This document shows, one piece after another, positions 56,138-64,000 of a stretch of 64,000 nucleotides of DNA. The stretch lies in the NCBI GenBank assembly GCA_016867815.1, contig VGIR01000005.1, positions 779 through 64,778 of the forward strand, read 5' to 3'. Within the stretch, counting starts at the first letter, position 1. Each line of letters begins with the position of its first letter. This DNA comes from a candidate division WOR-3 bacterium. GTDB taxonomy: Bacteria; Hydrothermota; Tepidihabitantia; Tepidihabitantales; Tepidihabitantaceae. The position numbers and the translations under genes are program-made. The notes under the pieces are model-generated. The model saw nothing but the letters and a program-made list of their open reading frames with translations. It did not search any database and was not told where the DNA came from.

Positions 56138-57502
56138 GTGTTTGACCGATTGGATAAAATGCTCGGACTCGTTCGGGCCGACTATGCGGACCTACGCTAC
56201 GAACTGGCGCGCGCGACCAGCATCGATTTCAGCGGCCGCGAACTCACCGGGCTCTCGGCCAGTTCGACTGACGGATTTGTCTGGCGCGTGCTCAAGAACG
56301 GCGGCTGGTCCCAGGTCTCCTTCACCAAGCCCGAGGACGCGGAGCGGGCTGCCCGCTCGGCCGTGGAGAACGCGGATCTGCTGGCGCGCGGCGGGGCCCG
56401 GCCGGTCCGGCTTGCCCCGGTACCGCCGGCCAGAGATGAGGTCCATCCCGGGCTGAACGAGGACCCGCGCACGGTTCCGGCTGAGGAGAAACTGGACCTG
56501 CTGCGCAAGTACAACGATATTGCGCTCGACAATTCCAGAGTGGCGACAACTCAGGCAGCCTATTGGGACCTGACGCGCGACAAGTACTTTGTGTCGACCG
56601 AGGGAGCTCGGCTGCGCGAGGAATTGATTACGACTCGCATATTGGGTTCGATTGTGACCAAGGAGGGCAGCCTGACCCAGACGGTGCGATTCGGTTTCGG
56701 CGGCAGTGACGGGCTTGCCCGGCTGCGCGGACGCGAGGCCGAGATGGCTGACCGGGTCAGAATCTGCGTAGACCTGCTGAAGGCGGAATCGGTCAAAGCC
56801 GGGGAGTACCGTGCCGTGCTCGACCAGTCACTCGCCGGTGTTTTCACCCACGAGGCCTTCGGCCACTTCTCGGAAGCCGACATCATCGAAGATTCGCCGA
56901 CCATGCGGGAGAAGATGCGCATCGGGGCGCAGCTCGGTAGCGCCGTACTCTCGATAACCGACGACCCGACCCGGCCCGGACAACTCGGGTTCTACCGCTA
57001 TGACGACGAGGGCGTGGCGGTGCGTCCGGTGGCACTGATGAAGGACGGCGTGCTCAGCGGCCGCCTCCACTCGCGCCGGACCGCCACTGAGTTCGGCGAG
57101 CCGGTCAGCGGCCATTGCGTGGCTGAGGACTACCGCTACGAGCCCATCATCCGCATGGGCTGCATCTACATCGAACCGCGCGATCAGACCAGAGACGGCC
57201 TCCTCGCCAGGCTCGGTGATGGGCTGTACCTGTGTAACCACATGGGCGGCCAGACCACCGGCGAGAACTTCACGTTCGGCGCCCAGTTCGGGTTCGAGGT
57301 GAAGAACGGCAAGCCGGGCCGGATGCTCCGCGACATCAACATCTCCGGCAACCTGTACGCGACTCTGAAGAACATCAGCGCGGTAGGCAATGACCTTACC
57401 CTGCGCGAAGTGGGCGGCTGCGGCAAGGGCCAGACCAACCCCCGCTCCTGCAACGGTGCGCCCCACGTGCTGGTCGAGAGTCTCGTGGTAGGAGGCAGAT
57501 AA
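56138..57502 (+). CDS. tldD: TldD metalloprotease
   Basis: HEAFGHFSE (HExxxH), DDPT, YDDEGV, IIRMGC.YI, GGCGKGQ C-terminal Cys motif. Confidence 0.9.
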   Translation: MFDRLDKMLGLVRADYADLRYELARATSIDFSGRELTGLSASSTDGFVWRVLKNGGWSQVSFTKPEDAERAARSAVENADLLARGGARPVRLAPVPPARDEVHPGLNEDPRTVPAEEKLDLLRKYNDIALDNSRVATTQAAYWDLTRDKYFVSTEGARLREELITTRILGSIVTKEGSLTQTVRFGFGGSDGLARLRGREAEMADRVRICVDLLKAESVKAGEYRAVLDQSLAGVFTHEAFGHFSEADIIEDSPTMREKMRIGAQLGSAVLSITDDPTRPGQLGFYRYDDEGVAVRPVALMKDGVLSGRLHSRRTATEFGEPVSGHCVAEDYRYEPIIRMGCIYIEPRDQTRDGLLARLGDGLYLCNHMGGQTTGENFTFGAQFGFEVKNGKPGRMLRDINISGNLYATLKNISAVGNDLTLREVGGCGKGQTNPRSCNGAPHVLVESLVVGGR

Positions 57503-58788
57503 TGGAACGCCTGCTGGATATCGCCCGCAAGCACGCCGATGCCGTAACCGTGTACCAGGTTGACGGAACCCAGGACGGCGTCGGGTTCGAAAACGGCCGG
57601 TTGAAGAACGCGGACAGCGCGATGAGTTCGGGAACGGCCCTCACCATCATCAAGGACGGCAGACAGGGCTTCGCCTACACCCGCAATCTCATCGACCGCG
57701 AAGGCCTCGTGCGGGATGCTCTCGCGGCGCTCGCTGGCGGAGTCGAGGCCCCGGGTGAGCTGCCGCAGCCGGTCAAGCTGCCGCAACTCGACACGACGGC
57801 GGAACAGGTCGGCGGCAATGCTCTTCTGGCCGAAGAGTGCCGCCGCATGACCGACTACCTGTCGAACCGCGTGAAGGGACAGGTCAACGTCGGGGCCAGC
57901 CGAAGCGAGGACGAAGTCCGCCTGCTCACCAGCAGCGGCGTGGACGCGCGGTCGCGTTCGACCCAGTATTTCGCGATGGCCGGCGTGCTCTACCCCGGCA
58001 CCTACTCAGGCATCAACCGTGTGTTCGAGGCCAAGAGGCTGACGCCTTTCCCTGACGCCGACCTCAAGTTCATTGCCGACACCTACAACGTTTCGCTGAA
58101 TGAGGCGAAAGGGGTACCGGGCCGCAGCCGGGTCTTGTTCCTGCCGGGCGCGGTCTATGCGCTCGCGTGGCGACTGACCGCCGCGACCAATGCCAGGGCA
58201 GTCTACCAGAAGGTGTCGCCGCTGGTCGGCCGGATCGGAGAGAAGATACTGAGCGACAAGCTGACGCTCGCGGACGAACCACTGAACGACCGTCTGCCGG
58301 GCGCGCGTGCTTTCGACGACGAAGGAACTCCCTGCCGCGACTCCCGCCTGTTCGAACGCGGCGTGCTCGAAGGCTTCTACAATGACCGGTTCTATGCCCG
58401 CAAGACCGGAACCCGGCCCACCGGGCATGGCTACCGTGACACGGTAACCTCGCGGCCTATGCCGTCGCTCCGCCATCTGACGATCGCTCCGGGCGACCGG
58501 TCTCTGGACGGCCTGCTCAAGTTGATGGGCCGCGGCGTCGTCGTGGCGGGAGTGATGGGCGCGCACTCGGGCAACATCCTGCACGGCGACTACTCGGTCG
58601 GACTCGCGCCCGGGCTCTGGGTGGAGAACGGCGAGATTGTCGGCGTGGTCAAAGACGCGATGGTCGCGGGGAATGTCTACGAGGATCTGACAAACATCAT
58701 CGCTGTCGGCGACACCGTGTACCCCGGGCCTATGGGCCGTTTTCCCGCTCTGCTCCTCGACAACATCAGCTTCTCGGCCCGAGCTTAG
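57502..58788 (+). CDS. pmbA: TldE/PmbA family partner
   Basis: Coupled to tldD; FDDEGTP, TGHG, GAHSGN..GDYS, MVAGNVY; no HExxH. Confidence 0.88.
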   Translation: MERLLDIARKHADAVTVYQVDGTQDGVGFENGRLKNADSAMSSGTALTIIKDGRQGFAYTRNLIDREGLVRDALAALAGGVEAPGELPQPVKLPQLDTTAEQVGGNALLAEECRRMTDYLSNRVKGQVNVGASRSEDEVRLLTSSGVDARSRSTQYFAMAGVLYPGTYSGINRVFEAKRLTPFPDADLKFIADTYNVSLNEAKGVPGRSRVLFLPGAVYALAWRLTAATNARAVYQKVSPLVGRIGEKILSDKLTLADEPLNDRLPGARAFDDEGTPCRDSRLFERGVLEGFYNDRFYARKTGTRPTGHGYRDTVTSRPMPSLRHLTIAPGDRSLDGLLKLMGRGVVVAGVMGAHSGNILHGDYSVGLAPGLWVENGEIVGVVKDAMVAGNVYEDLTNIIAVGDTVYPGPMGRFPALLLDNISFSARA

Positions 58789-58807
58789 ACGGAGTTCGTG
58801 AGAGAAA

Positions 58808-58833
58808 CGAGGGGCGGCCTGCGCCGCCCCTCG
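58808..58833. terminator. Hairpin between the convergent pmbA and trmB-like genes
   Basis: cgaggggcggc-ctgc-gccgcccctcg. Confidence 0.65.
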
Positions 58834-58858
58834 CGCCGTCGAAACTCTGAGCGCGTCC

Positions 58859-59950
58859 TCAGTATAGCGGTTCGATGTAGGCGTCCGGATCCAGCGGAAG
58901 CTGCTTGACCTTTTCCGCCTGCTGACTCGGCCCGGTGATGTCCGCCGACTCCATGACTACCGTGCGCGAAGTTGCCACCATGATGTACTCGATCTCGCGC
59001 AACGTTACCCGCCTGCCGGCCTGGGACACGATCCCAGTTGGGGACAATTGGGTCATGTCCCCGCCGGCCAGCGCCTTCCGCCGCTTCGGAATTCCCTTTC
59101 TCGCGTCGGTCAGCACCCACTCTCGCGGCAGGAGTTCCGGCAGGGCCGGCACCTCGGCCATGCGTGTCAGCCGGTTCATCTCCCGGCCGATCTCCTTGAC
59201 CTCCTTGCCGGCCTGAACCAGCGCTCGGACCTTGGTCAGGGTGAAGTCGCTCTGGAACAGGTAGCAGACCTGCCGAGCCAGGCGGGGTTGCCGGACCCAG
59301 ATGGCTTCCTCGACGCCTGAGCCGTCGCTCTTGATGAACGCCTGCACGTACTCCCGGTAGTCGACGGCGACACCGAGCTCGTCGCCGCTCTGGGCGTCGG
59401 CTTGGATCGCCTTGTCCGGCGCCATGACTCCGCACCCGGGAACCCTGGCCGGCGCGCGAGTCTTGACGAGCACCTTGACGCCACGGTCTGCTGCCGCCAC
59501 CAGCTCGCTGCGGAGTTCTTCCAGGGGCCGCGCGTCGACGTTGAGCAGGACAACGTCTTTCGCTCCGCGCAGCAGGTTCCGGCAGCGTTCGTAGACCTGC
59601 GCGATGCTGTCCAGCTCGAAGATGCCGCCGTGCGCGGGCTGGGCCGCCATGTCCTCCATCTCGCGCTCAATCCGTGCCTGGAGGTCTTCGAGGTCGCGCC
59701 TCCGCGCATCCATGTATTCACTGATCGACAGCCCTACGAACGTCGTCGGCCGCGCGGTCTCGTTCGCCACGACAGCGCCCTTGGCCCGCAGCGAGTCCAG
59801 CGCCTTGTAGGTGCTGCCTACCAGCTTTCCGATCTGCTGGGCCACCTGGTACCCGGATGCGTTGGGCTGCTCCAGCAGTGCCAGGTAGACGTCTACCTCC
59901 AGCCCGCTGAAACCAATGCTGCTGAGCAGCGGCCGCATCCGCTCTTTCAT
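58859..59950 (-). CDS. TrmB-family transcriptional regulator with a C-terminal extension
   Basis: Start ATG 59950; IGFSGLEVDVYLALL...SGYQVAQQIG...TYKALDSL HTH, followed by an effector-like domain. Confidence 0.82.
   Translation of the reverse strand: MKERMRPLLSSIGFSGLEVDVYLALLEQPNASGYQVAQQIGKLVGSTYKALDSLRAKGAVVANETARPTTFVGLSISEYMDARRRDLEDLQARIEREMEDMAAQPAHGGIFELDSIAQVYERCRNLLRGAKDVVLLNVDARPLEELRSELVAAADRGVKVLVKTRAPARVPGCGVMAPDKAIQADAQSGDELGVAVDYREYVQAFIKSDGSGVEEAIWVRQPRLARQVCYLFQSDFTLTKVRALVQAGKEVKEIGREMNRLTRMAEVPALPELLPREWVLTDARKGIPKRRKALAGGDMTQLSPTGIVSQAGRRVTLREIEYIMVATSRTVVMESADITGPSQQAEKVKQLPLDPDAYIEPLY
59023..59061. repeat. Palindromic element family B, in frame inside the TrmB-like gene
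   Basis: gggacacgatcccagtt-ggggac-aattgggtcatgtccc, encoding GDMTQLSPTGIVS. Confidence 0.7.
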
Positions 59951-60007
59951 GGCGAAGAACGTCCCTTGTCGCCTGGTCCTTCGTCCCCTACCGCTGGACG
60001 CGCGATT

Positions 60008-60090
60008 CCCCTCACCCCGACCCTCTCCCCATACGCGGGGCGAGGGGGAATCTCCTCTCCCCTTGATGGGGAGAGGAAGAAGGTGAGGGG
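60008..60090. repeat. Palindromic element family A, intergenic double copy
   Basis: ccctcaccccgaccctctcccc...ggggcgaggggg...cctctcccc...ggggagagg...ggtgagggg. Confidence 0.75.
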
Positions 60091-60098
60091 TGCATTCG

Positions 60099-61541
60099 TC
60101 ATCGGTCATTCCCCTCGGGCTGTGACGCTTCAGACGAGGGACGGTGGACGAGACTACGAAGAACCTCGATTCCCTTCTCGAGGATCTCGTCCCGGCCGGC
60201 GCGAACTCCCTCGACAGTCGGCGCGGCCTGAACGTCAGGTATGATGCCGACATTCTGGAACCGGCTGCCATCTCCGAACTTCACCCGCATGCCGGTGAAC
60301 CAGAGGCGCCCGCCGCCCGGCAGGCTAATCCAGGTTCGGTTGCCGTTGCAGCCCGCGGTCGTTCCACCCACGAACGTCCCTCGCCCGGCGTTCTTGAGAT
60401 AGATGCAGACGTCTTCGGCGCTGCCGATGGTCTTCTCGTTGACAAGGACCACGACCGGTCCGCCATAGTGCGCCTTCGCATCCGGCTGGACATCATACTG
60501 ACCGGTGCTTACGACCTGTTCCTGGCTATCAAAGCCGGACACGACGCGTATCTCGTAGATCGCCGACTTCACCGGCCGGTCACTCAGCCTTGAAGCTAGC
60601 GCGAGCTGCATAGTGAATCCCGGATGCCGCCGGATGTCGACGATCAGACCATTTGTTCCGCGCAGCGCCTCGAACGCGCGCTCGAACTCCCGCAGGCTTG
60701 CCAGCCGGCCGAGGTCCATGTAGCCGACGTTCTCTTCCAGAACCCGGTACCCGCTCGACTCACCTCTGCGTGCCGAATAGGCAATCCGCGCCTCGCGGGT
60801 TAAGGTACGCTTCAGACAGAGCGACAAGCAAGGGATCGAGGGATCAAGGGATCGAGGAATCGAGGGGCCGGAGTCCGATACCGGAGCCTCGCCTGACTCT
60901 ATCCCTTTGTCCCTTTGTCCCTTCACTCCCTTCCGTCTGATCACCAGCTTCACTTCGCTACCGGCCTGTCCAAGGACCAGCATTTCGCACATCCGCTGAT
61001 AGAACGCGCCCTCGGTGGAGTACGAAACCTGCAGCCGGTGCTCAGTAACCAGTTCCTGCACCGTCTTCCCGTCGAATTCAACCACTTCGTCGCCGACCTG
61101 CAGAGAAGGGACCGAGGGATCAAGGGATCGAGGGATCAAGTGATCCGGGCCTGAATCCGAAGCCCCAATCTGTGCAATCTGCGAAATCTGTGGATGCTCC
61201 ATCACATCCGTGACAATGATCTTGCCTTCGACCCAGGCGAAGAACACCGGCAGCGACTGCGATTCGGGCAGGTTCGGGAAGAAGTAGAAGACGTTGTTGT
61301 CGTGCAGATGAGCGGTCAGCATCCGGAGCGTGCGCGCGTACGCAAGCAGGCTCTCGGCTTCCTCGACCTTGGGAATCCACTCCGCCAGGCAGGCACTCCA
61401 GTCCATGTCGCACAGCTCGACGTGCGGGTCAAGATAGCGTATCACGCTCCAGACTTTGAACAGGCCCAGTAACCGCTCCTCACGAGACGGAGTCCTGCCG
61501 GTCTCTTGCAGCGGCGCCGGCAGCCTCAGATCCACCAGCAC
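60099..61541 (-). CDS. S41-family peptidase, C-terminal module (helical domain, PDZ, catalytic domain)
   Basis: VWSVIRYLDPH, LQVGDEVVEFDG (PDZ), GYMDLG, LIVDIR, VLVNEKTIGSAE (catalytic Ser), GIIPDV..PT..GVRAGRDEILEKG. Confidence 0.85.
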   Translation of the reverse strand: MLVDLRLPAPLQETGRTPSREERLLGLFKVWSVIRYLDPHVELCDMDWSACLAEWIPKVEEAESLLAYARTLRMLTAHLHDNNVFYFFPNLPESQSLPVFFAWVEGKIIVTDVMEHPQISQIAQIGASDSGPDHLIPRSLDPSVPSLQVGDEVVEFDGKTVQELVTEHRLQVSYSTEGAFYQRMCEMLVLGQAGSEVKLVIRRKGVKGQRDKGIESGEAPVSDSGPSIPRSLDPSIPCLSLCLKRTLTREARIAYSARRGESSGYRVLEENVGYMDLGRLASLREFERAFEALRGTNGLIVDIRRHPGFTMQLALASRLSDRPVKSAIYEIRVVSGFDSQEQVVSTGQYDVQPDAKAHYGGPVVVLVNEKTIGSAEDVCIYLKNAGRGTFVGGTTAGCNGNRTWISLPGGGRLWFTGMRVKFGDGSRFQNVGIIPDVQAAPTVEGVRAGRDEILEKGIEVLRSLVHRPSSEASQPEGNDR

Positions 61542-62629
61542 GGCGGGCGACTCTCGACTCTCGACTCTCGACTTTCTGCCGCCAACGCTCGCTCCGCAAC
61601 CGCAGCAAGTTGGTCTGGAGCAATCGGTCCATCCGTGACAATGTCGGGACGGAATCCGGCCTGCCCACTGTGCCCGACCAGCAGATCCGTGCTGAGCTGC
61701 ACGGCGACGCCCTCAGGGAATGCCAATCGGAACGGCGGCTCTCCCAGTGGCGGGCCGCTCGGTTCGAACACTACTGCAACCCCCGGCTGAGACTGCAGCG
61801 CGTCGAGCGCCCGGTAGTATCTGGATGCGAACGGCCGATTGACCAACAAGACGGTCGGCGTGTCAATTGGCTTCAGCTTTGAAAAGTCTGTGCCGGGAGA
61901 CAGGGCAGCCACGAACCACTCGGCCTGCTGTATCGGACGCAACCCGGTCCCGGCACTCACTTCCCACTTCTGCTGGTATGCGCTGTGGCTGTTGTCCTCA
62001 TTCCAGCCCAGATGGACTCGTCTCATCACCGGGCTCATCTGCAGCCGCCCGCGGACGAAGAACTGAAGCACCGGGTCGATCACGCGGTAGCCGAGCGCGA
62101 CCGGCCAACGCAGGTCCACGATGAGCGTCTTGACATCTCCCAGGCCCTCGACCGTGGCCTGGAAGTCAGCAAGGAACTCGGATCCCCGCGCCGTCGGCGG
62201 CGGAACCCGCACGTAGCCAACCGAGTCCGCAATCCGCTTCGCTTCGAGGCGCCCGTCTTTCACTCTATCCCTTGATCCCTCTATCGCTCTATCCCTTCTC
62301 GCTTCCGCAAACGTCAGCGGATCATCCAGCCCCTGCAGTAACTCCTCGTTGATAGCTGCGGCCAAGTCCTCAGGCGTTTGCGCAGCCTCGACGCGGGGAA
62401 TGGCCCGGACCAAGGCCTGATGCCAGTCTAACTCAGCTCCCTCACCCTCTCTCCCTCTCCCACCGGGAGAGGGACGGTTCTCTTCGCTCTGTTCCCCTCT
62501 CCCTCTGGGAGAGGGTTGGGGTGAGGGCGCAACAACCGCAGGATGGAACAGATAGACCTTGCCCCACAGTTCGGCTAGCGCCTCAAGGCGCTTGAGCCGA
62601 ACTGAGGATTCTGGGGTCCTGGGGCTCAC
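61526..62629 (-). CDS. S41-like peptidase, N-terminal module, probably non-catalytic
   Basis: LWGKVYLFHP, DWHQAL, GYVRV, LIVDLR, LLVN, GFRPDI; no SA(S/G)E motif. Confidence 0.75.
   Translation of the reverse strand: MSPRTPESSVRLKRLEALAELWGKVYLFHPAVVAPSPQPSPRGRGEQSEENRPSPGGRGREGEGAELDWHQALVRAIPRVEAAQTPEDLAAAINEELLQGLDDPLTFAEARRDRAIEGSRDRVKDGRLEAKRIADSVGYVRVPPPTARGSEFLADFQATVEGLGDVKTLIVDLRWPVALGYRVIDPVLQFFVRGRLQMSPVMRRVHLGWNEDNSHSAYQQKWEVSAGTGLRPIQQAEWFVAALSPGTDFSKLKPIDTPTVLLVNRPFASRYYRALDALQSQPGVAVVFEPSGPPLGEPPFRLAFPEGVAVQLSTDLLVGHSGQAGFRPDIVTDGPIAPDQLAAVAERALAAESRESRVESRPPCWWI
61549..61576. repeat. Heptamer tandem repeat (GACTCTC)3-GACTTTC at the junction of the two S41 ORFs
   Basis: Read directly from the sequence: units start at 61549, 61556, 61563 and 61570. 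Confidence 0.9.
62439..62527. repeat. Palindromic element family A, in frame inside the S41 N-module
   Basis: Encodes PSPQPSPRGRGEQSEENRPSPGGRGREGEG between FHP and DW. Confidence 0.8.
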
Positions 62630-62863
62630 GGGTTCAAGTGTCGTGGCAAAGCCATGTTGCGGTCAGGGCCGGGGCACAGACCCTTCCATGCCTGAACCTG
62701 AACCTTGGCCTCTGCCTCTACCTTTGCCTGTCTACTGTTGTTCTCTTCTGCGAGTAACATGGAGATGCGACTATCATAGCGCACCGGCCTGGAATCGGCA
62801 AGCTAGGCAGAAAGCCCTAGAGCCGACGCTAGAGCCACGCGCTGTCAGACAGGGGCCGTTGAA

Positions 62864-62946
62864 GCCAAGGCACGAAGGACACGAAGCGAATCGGTGTAGA
62901 ACGACAGGAATCCGCTTCACTCCGTTTTCGTGCCTTCGTGGCCATC
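62864..62946. repeat. MITE-like element family C, inverted relative to the copy at 31877
   Basis: Track peptides show the homology: RKHEGHETN...RFTPLSCLRGH versus RHEGHEAN...RFTPFSCLRGH. Confidence 0.7.
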
Positions 62947-62964
62947 CAGATCGGAATCAGGAAG

Positions 62965-62996
62965 GAGCGGGCGGGGCGATGGAACCCCGCCCGCTC
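62965..62996 (-). terminator. Hairpin downstream of the repeat-protein gene
   Basis: gagcgggcgggg-cgatggaa-ccccgcccgctc. Confidence 0.6.
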
Positions 62997-63018
62997 TCAG
63001 GGCCTGAGTCGAGCAGGG

Positions 63019-64000
63019 TTACTCGATGACGACCTTTCGGGTCAGGTTGCCGGCGTCGCTCTCCAGCTTCACGATGTAGACGCCACGGGCAAGACGGCTT
63101 GCGTCCACAGTCGCGGCGTAGCGGCCCGGCTCACACCAGCCGTCCCGCAGCACCGCGGCACAGCGGCCCGTGACATCGAAGAGTCTGAGTCGCGTGTCGC
63201 CGGCCTTGGGTAGCGCGTAGCTCACCCGCGCCCGGCTGTTCGTTACACTCGAGCTCACCACCAGCGAGAACTGGATTGGCGTCGGCACCGATGCTGCCTC
63301 CATCGGACCAGTGAAGTTCGAGAGCCGGCCATAGGACCAGAACTCGAGGCAGTTGCCCTTGGTGGCAAACAAGTACCGCGAGTTGCGGCAGTAGACGAGC
63401 GCGCCGCCGTCCTGCACCCGGGTTTTGCGTGGTCCGAGCGTCACGTCCGGGCCCTGCGCCCAAGTCCCCGCGTTGCAGTTGTAGACCCAGAACTCCTGGC
63501 TGTTGCTGCCCTTGATGCAGTAGACGTTGCGCAGGTGGTAGCAGATGGCCGCGCCACCCTTGGCCTTCTTGTTCTTAGGACCCAAGGGCAGGTCTTGCTT
63601 TGCCAGCCACGTGCCGGTGGAGACGACGTAGGCGTAGAACTCACTGTGCTCACCCTTGAGCGCGTATAATGTATCAACGCCGTTGGAGGTCACGCAGGAG
63701 CCCTCAGCCCATTTCTTGTTCTTGTCACCCGGGGCGTCGGCGCAGGCCCACCAGTAGTCGTAATCGACGTCATACGCGTAGAACTCAAAGGTCTCAGACG
63801 CCTTGAGTAGGTAGACGTTGCAGTGCGGACCGTATTGGACCCCGGTCGCGCCCGCGCCGTTGCTCACGCCCTTAGTACCGGGCACATCTGCCTTCTGGGT
63901 CCAGCGGGACCCCGACGTGGCAACCGGGTCGTACTCCCAGAACTCAGGAGAGTTCCCGCCCTTGGTGGCGTAGAACTTACCGCCCACCTGAGCAAGAGTG
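63019..64000 (-). CDS. Partial C-terminal part of a Kelch-like beta-propeller repeat protein with T9SS-CTD-like C-terminus
   Basis: The frame is open to the window edge; repeats YA.KG..T.EF..Y.....W...AD.P; C-terminus RGVYIVKL...RKVVIE. Confidence 0.85.
   Translation of the reverse strand, partial: TLAQVGGKFYATKGGNSPEFWEYDPVATSGSRWTQKADVPGTKGVSNGAGATGVQYGPHCNVYLLKASETFEFYAYDVDYDYWWACADAPGDKNKKWAEGSCVTSNGVDTLYALKGEHSEFYAYVVSTGTWLAKQDLPLGPKNKKAKGGAAICYHLRNVYCIKGSNSQEFWVYNCNAGTWAQGPDVTLGPRKTRVQDGGALVYCRNSRYLFATKGNCLEFWSYGRLSNFTGPMEAASVPTPIQFSLVVSSSVTNSRARVSYALPKAGDTRLRLFDVTGRCAAVLRDGWCEPGRYAATVDASRLARGVYIVKLESDAGNLTRKVVIE

Noticed and set aside
60099-60271. N-terminal 107-aa extension of the TrmB-like ORF (track start 60271)
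   Set aside because: Overlaps the S41 3' end and runs through a palindromic repeat; the HTH begins just after ATG 59950.
1-64000. tRNA, rRNA, tmRNA, transposase or integrase genes
   Set aside because: No recognisable signatures by eye; tRNAscan-SE and Infernal were not run.

Overview
GC-rich chromosomal segment of an anaerobic diderm bacterium. The gene inventory (lipoproteins, many secreted proteins with a T9SS-CTD/FlgD-like C-terminus, a corrinoid cluster) resembles candidate phylum WOR-3 or a relative; this is inference. Left to right: a phosphate module (Na/Pi symporter, two PhoU proteins, PhoB/PhoR-like pair); a sensorless kinase and a response regulator with a ~590-aa E/R/K/A tail; housekeeping genes (nadC, dprA, obg, coaD, rsmD, murA, ispG); two tandem secreted paralogs; an 8-gene corrinoid operon (SAM methyltransferase, corrinoid protein, two MtaA/UroD-family enzymes, ASKHA activator, two 2-hydroxyacyl-CoA-dehydratase-family Fe-S subunits, activase); a small accessory island; a DnaA-box cluster (candidate oriC, no dnaA in the window) beside two opposing 12-bp-period arrays; secreted C1, M28 (x2) and M23-like peptidases; an ECF sigma/anti-sigma operon; tldD/pmbA; a TrmB-like regulator; an S41 peptidase split at a 7-bp tandem repeat; and a partial repeat protein. 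Several families of short palindromic and 7-9-mer micro-repeats occur between genes and in frame inside genes. No rRNA, tRNA, CRISPR array, integrase or transposase was found. Many start codons were moved from the ORF track using RBS and overlap evidence. All assignments come from motif recognition without database searches.
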